From: Candidatus Poribacteria bacterium
GTDB lineage: Bacteria; Poribacteria; WGA-4E; PCPOR2b
NCBI GenBank assembly: GCA_965208675.1
Contig: OZ242351.1
Span: 3,552,001 to 3,616,000 of the forward strand
Reading direction: 5' to 3'
DNA length: 64,000 nucleotides
Shown: one piece after another, positions 61,490 through 64,000 of the stretch
Position numbering within the stretch: the stretch's first letter is position 1
Layout of the letters: each line of letters begins with the position of its first letter
Position numbers and translations under genes: made by a program
The notes under the pieces: model-generated
What the model was told of the DNA's origin: nothing
The model's input: the letters and a program-made list of their open reading frames with translations, nothing else
The model's database searches: none

Positions 61490-61955
61490 AGAGCAACCTC
61501 TAAATTGAGGTTTTTGTTCCGAGTATCGGTGCCACATTCATCTCGGCGAAGAACCTTCATTCAAACAAGGTCGGGAGAATCAACAACAAATCAGTATCTG
61601 CTCAGTCAATTGTTGCTGATGAGGTAGCGCAAACGATGAAACGCGTTGATGAAATCAAGGGAACCGAAGATGAGGCGAAACTAGAACAGGTTAGACAATG
61701 AATAGTATCCGCTGCGACATTTGATCCCGATGAAACGGACGCTGAGAATGAGCGTATTGAAGAACTTGTCGCATTTGGATTGCAATTCTTGCCGAAAGAC
61801 ATCAGCCCTGACGGGATAGGACTGGGTTTATTGAGTCCGAAGACATTAAAAGACTGCGTCCTGTTGCCGCCGAAATGTACCAGCTTCAATATGAAGGAGA
61901 CCCAGGCACGAAGGGCATTGAGGATTGGGCGGTCAACATCATCAGGGGTTGAATA
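61490..61955 (+). pseudogene. Decayed duplicate of the atypical Hsp70 3' end
   Basis: Aligns to about 58690-58950 and 59345-59545, with stops, frameshifts and an internal deletion of about 0.4 kb. Confidence 0.85.
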
Positions 61956-62085
61956 GTAAAATTGAATTACATTTGGTAGGCTTCGTTCCGCATAATCTTC
62001 AATCGTGTAATGAGTACCGCTGAATAGTATTAGCGAGAAGTTTCGATACATTGCATTCGTGAATCATTCACAACTGGACAAGTAC

Positions 62086-63990
62086 ATGGATTTCTTTCAG
62101 AATCCCTTTTATATCCTTAATGCTACGCCACAGGACAATCGCCGAAGGATTATGGAACTAGCAGATTCACGCAGTCTGGTTCACGATCCCGACGAGTGTA
62201 GAGAAGCGGCTGCTACTCTTACACATCCCCGACGACGGCTCTCCGCCGAAATGGCGTGGATGCTAGGTGTCCTCCCAAAACATGTTAATTCAGTGTTGTG
62301 GTACCTGGAATCGTCGGTACGAAATTTAATCGGAACGGACAAACTGGCGCAATTCAGAAACTGTCTAGGCATAAGCAAAATGACGCCCATCGCTAGCGCT
62401 AACTTGCTAGCTGCCGGCCTATCTCGCCTACCTGATTACCCATCGGACGTTGTCGCAAGTTGGATTGTTGAAGTTTCAGCGACATCTGAGGAAGTCAACC
62501 TAGAACAGGTTCGCGCGGTCATCAACTTGGAACGAAAGGTGTCCGGTTTCCCAACAGTGGACCTGTCCAATATAGAAGTGGAAATTCAAAATCTTTGGGA
62601 ATATTATCGGCAGGTCATGACATCCGCTTTGAATCATCTATCTCCCAAAGAACGCGCCGGAGTGATAACCAAAGTAGTTGAAGCGGTTACTGATGATGAA
62701 AAGCATTTACCGCGTTTGATTGATCGCTTGGTCGACTGGTATGAATTAGACGCTCAAGAATCTCTTGAGGAACACGAAAGGAAGATTGAAGAATTAGACG
62801 AGAAACTTCGATCTGAAGCTGATGACGAAGGTCCAGACTCAGCCTTGGCTACTATTGTCGACCAGCTAATTCAGAAGGTTAAAATCTGGGATGTCATTGC
62901 GCAACCAATTCAGGTTAGCAAAAAAAGTCAAGGGTTACCCCACGATGCAAGCAGCCGCGTAGCAAGACGTGTGCGCGAATTGGCAGTCCACCTATTTAAC
63001 GAATTTGACAAGCTCAATTTCTCACAAAAACTGACTAATATGCTCCGAGAAGTATTTGCAGAGGTTGCTGAAGTTGCTGAGCTACTTGAGGAGGACGCAA
63101 GAACTCTAGCCGAAGTCGCCAACAACCGTGCGCGCCTAAATGAAGGCTTGGAACAATACGAAAAGATTAAGGAACTGGTCGAAAAACTGCGAGCCGAGGC
63201 TGATGCGGAACGTCCTGATTCCATTTTGAGTCCGATGGTAAACCGACTCATTCAGACTGTCAAAAAATGGGATGTCTCCATACAACCCAATGAGGCAAAC
63301 ATTGCTGTAGCGAATCTTTTGCGGGAATCGGCACTTCACCTTTGGAATGAACATAGCAAGCTTGATTTTTCTCGGAAACTCACGGGTACGCTCCAGAAGG
63401 TGTTTGCTGCGGTTGATGAAGTTGCCCAGCGACTCGCCGAAGACGCAAAAACCCTAGCTGACATCGCCGCTCGGCGTGCACAACTGCTTAATATTGAGTC
63501 TCTAATAGAGAACCTACGCAAGGCGGCAAATCGGCAAAGCCCAAGTTCAATTTTGGCACCGATGGTTAATCAACTTATCCAAGCCATCAAAAATTGGGAT
63601 ATCACCGCGCATCCAACGGAAAGCCATGTGATGGCCGGGATCGTGCGAAACTTGGCGGTTGACCTTTTTAACGAACACAATATGTTGGACTTCTCTCGAC
63701 AACTCATATATGTACTCAAGGAGATGTTTGCTGACGGTAGCGAAGTTGCTGATCGAATTGCGGAAGATGTAAGAATCATAGATGAAATTGCTGTACGGCG
63801 TGCAGCAGACTATTTTGACTATGCTGGCATCATAGATCAGTTGAGACCAGAGACTGAACAATCGGAAACGAGTGCGACTCCAGAGAGTTTCACTATCCAG
63901 ACTAAACAAAGGGATGAAAATGGGTGTCTTGCAGTGTTCTTGATTGTAATTGGATTAATCGCATTTTTTGCGCTAATCATTAGCTTTTAG
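62086..63990 (+). CDS. Paralogous degenerate J-like helical-repeat protein with a C-terminal TM anchor
   Basis: N-terminal ~350 aa closely match 59679-; three repeats of L..MV.QL.Q..K.WD...R.LA..LFNE..KLDFS; C-terminal GCL plus TM. Confidence 0.85.
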   Translation: MDFFQNPFYILNATPQDNRRRIMELADSRSLVHDPDECREAAATLTHPRRRLSAEMAWMLGVLPKHVNSVLWYLESSVRNLIGTDKLAQFRNCLGISKMTPIASANLLAAGLSRLPDYPSDVVASWIVEVSATSEEVNLEQVRAVINLERKVSGFPTVDLSNIEVEIQNLWEYYRQVMTSALNHLSPKERAGVITKVVEAVTDDEKHLPRLIDRLVDWYELDAQESLEEHERKIEELDEKLRSEADDEGPDSALATIVDQLIQKVKIWDVIAQPIQVSKKSQGLPHDASSRVARRVRELAVHLFNEFDKLNFSQKLTNMLREVFAEVAEVAELLEEDARTLAEVANNRARLNEGLEQYEKIKELVEKLRAEADAERPDSILSPMVNRLIQTVKKWDVSIQPNEANIAVANLLRESALHLWNEHSKLDFSRKLTGTLQKVFAAVDEVAQRLAEDAKTLADIAARRAQLLNIESLIENLRKAANRQSPSSILAPMVNQLIQAIKNWDITAHPTESHVMAGIVRNLAVDLFNEHNMLDFSRQLIYVLKEMFADGSEVADRIAEDVRIIDEIAVRRAADYFDYAGIIDQLRPETEQSETSATPESFTIQTKQRDENGCLAVFLIVIGLIAFFALIISF

Positions 63991-64000
63991 CAAGTTGTTG

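Noticed and set aside
61602-62051. 149-aa minus-strand ORF
   Set aside because: It is the antisense shadow of the decayed Hsp70 duplicate

Overview
This bacterial window (roughly 50% GC, many intergenic REP/MITE repeats; gene style suggests a Poribacteria/PVC-like organism, which is inference only) is dominated by a ~35 kb co-oriented respiratory supercluster. In order it encodes: a Rieske / split cytochrome b6-type complex with an octaheme cytochrome c; a CydB-less cytochrome bd-like oxidase module with three c-type cytochromes (one fused to an EbdC/NxrC-like heme-b domain), flanked by two cupredoxin-like proteins; an ABC-2 transporter; and a complete A1-type aa3 oxidase with its assembly genes. 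It ends in a putative cofactor-maturation block in which one small helical domain (PCP_red-like, 'WTxEAxxRLxxVPxFVR') recurs six times across four proteins: a USP-rubredoxin protein, a Zn-finger protein, a radical SAM/SPASM enzyme and a small protein. HicAB genes interrupt the respiratory operon. The left end holds a Crp/Fnr regulator, a decayed accessory island with an IS3 remnant, and a secreted prenyltransferase-repeat protein. The right half holds Gld-like ABC genes, tRNA-Leu(GAG), folA-thyA-dut, tRNA-Arg(CCG), DUF4178/DUF350 genes, trpC with an IS3 element inserted in its stop codon, and REP clusters. It closes with an atypical GrpE-like/Hsp70/J-like module behind a sigma54-type promoter; this module is tandemly duplicated and has captured a piece of a canonical grpE-dnaK operon. 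All calls come from manual motif reading, with no database searches.
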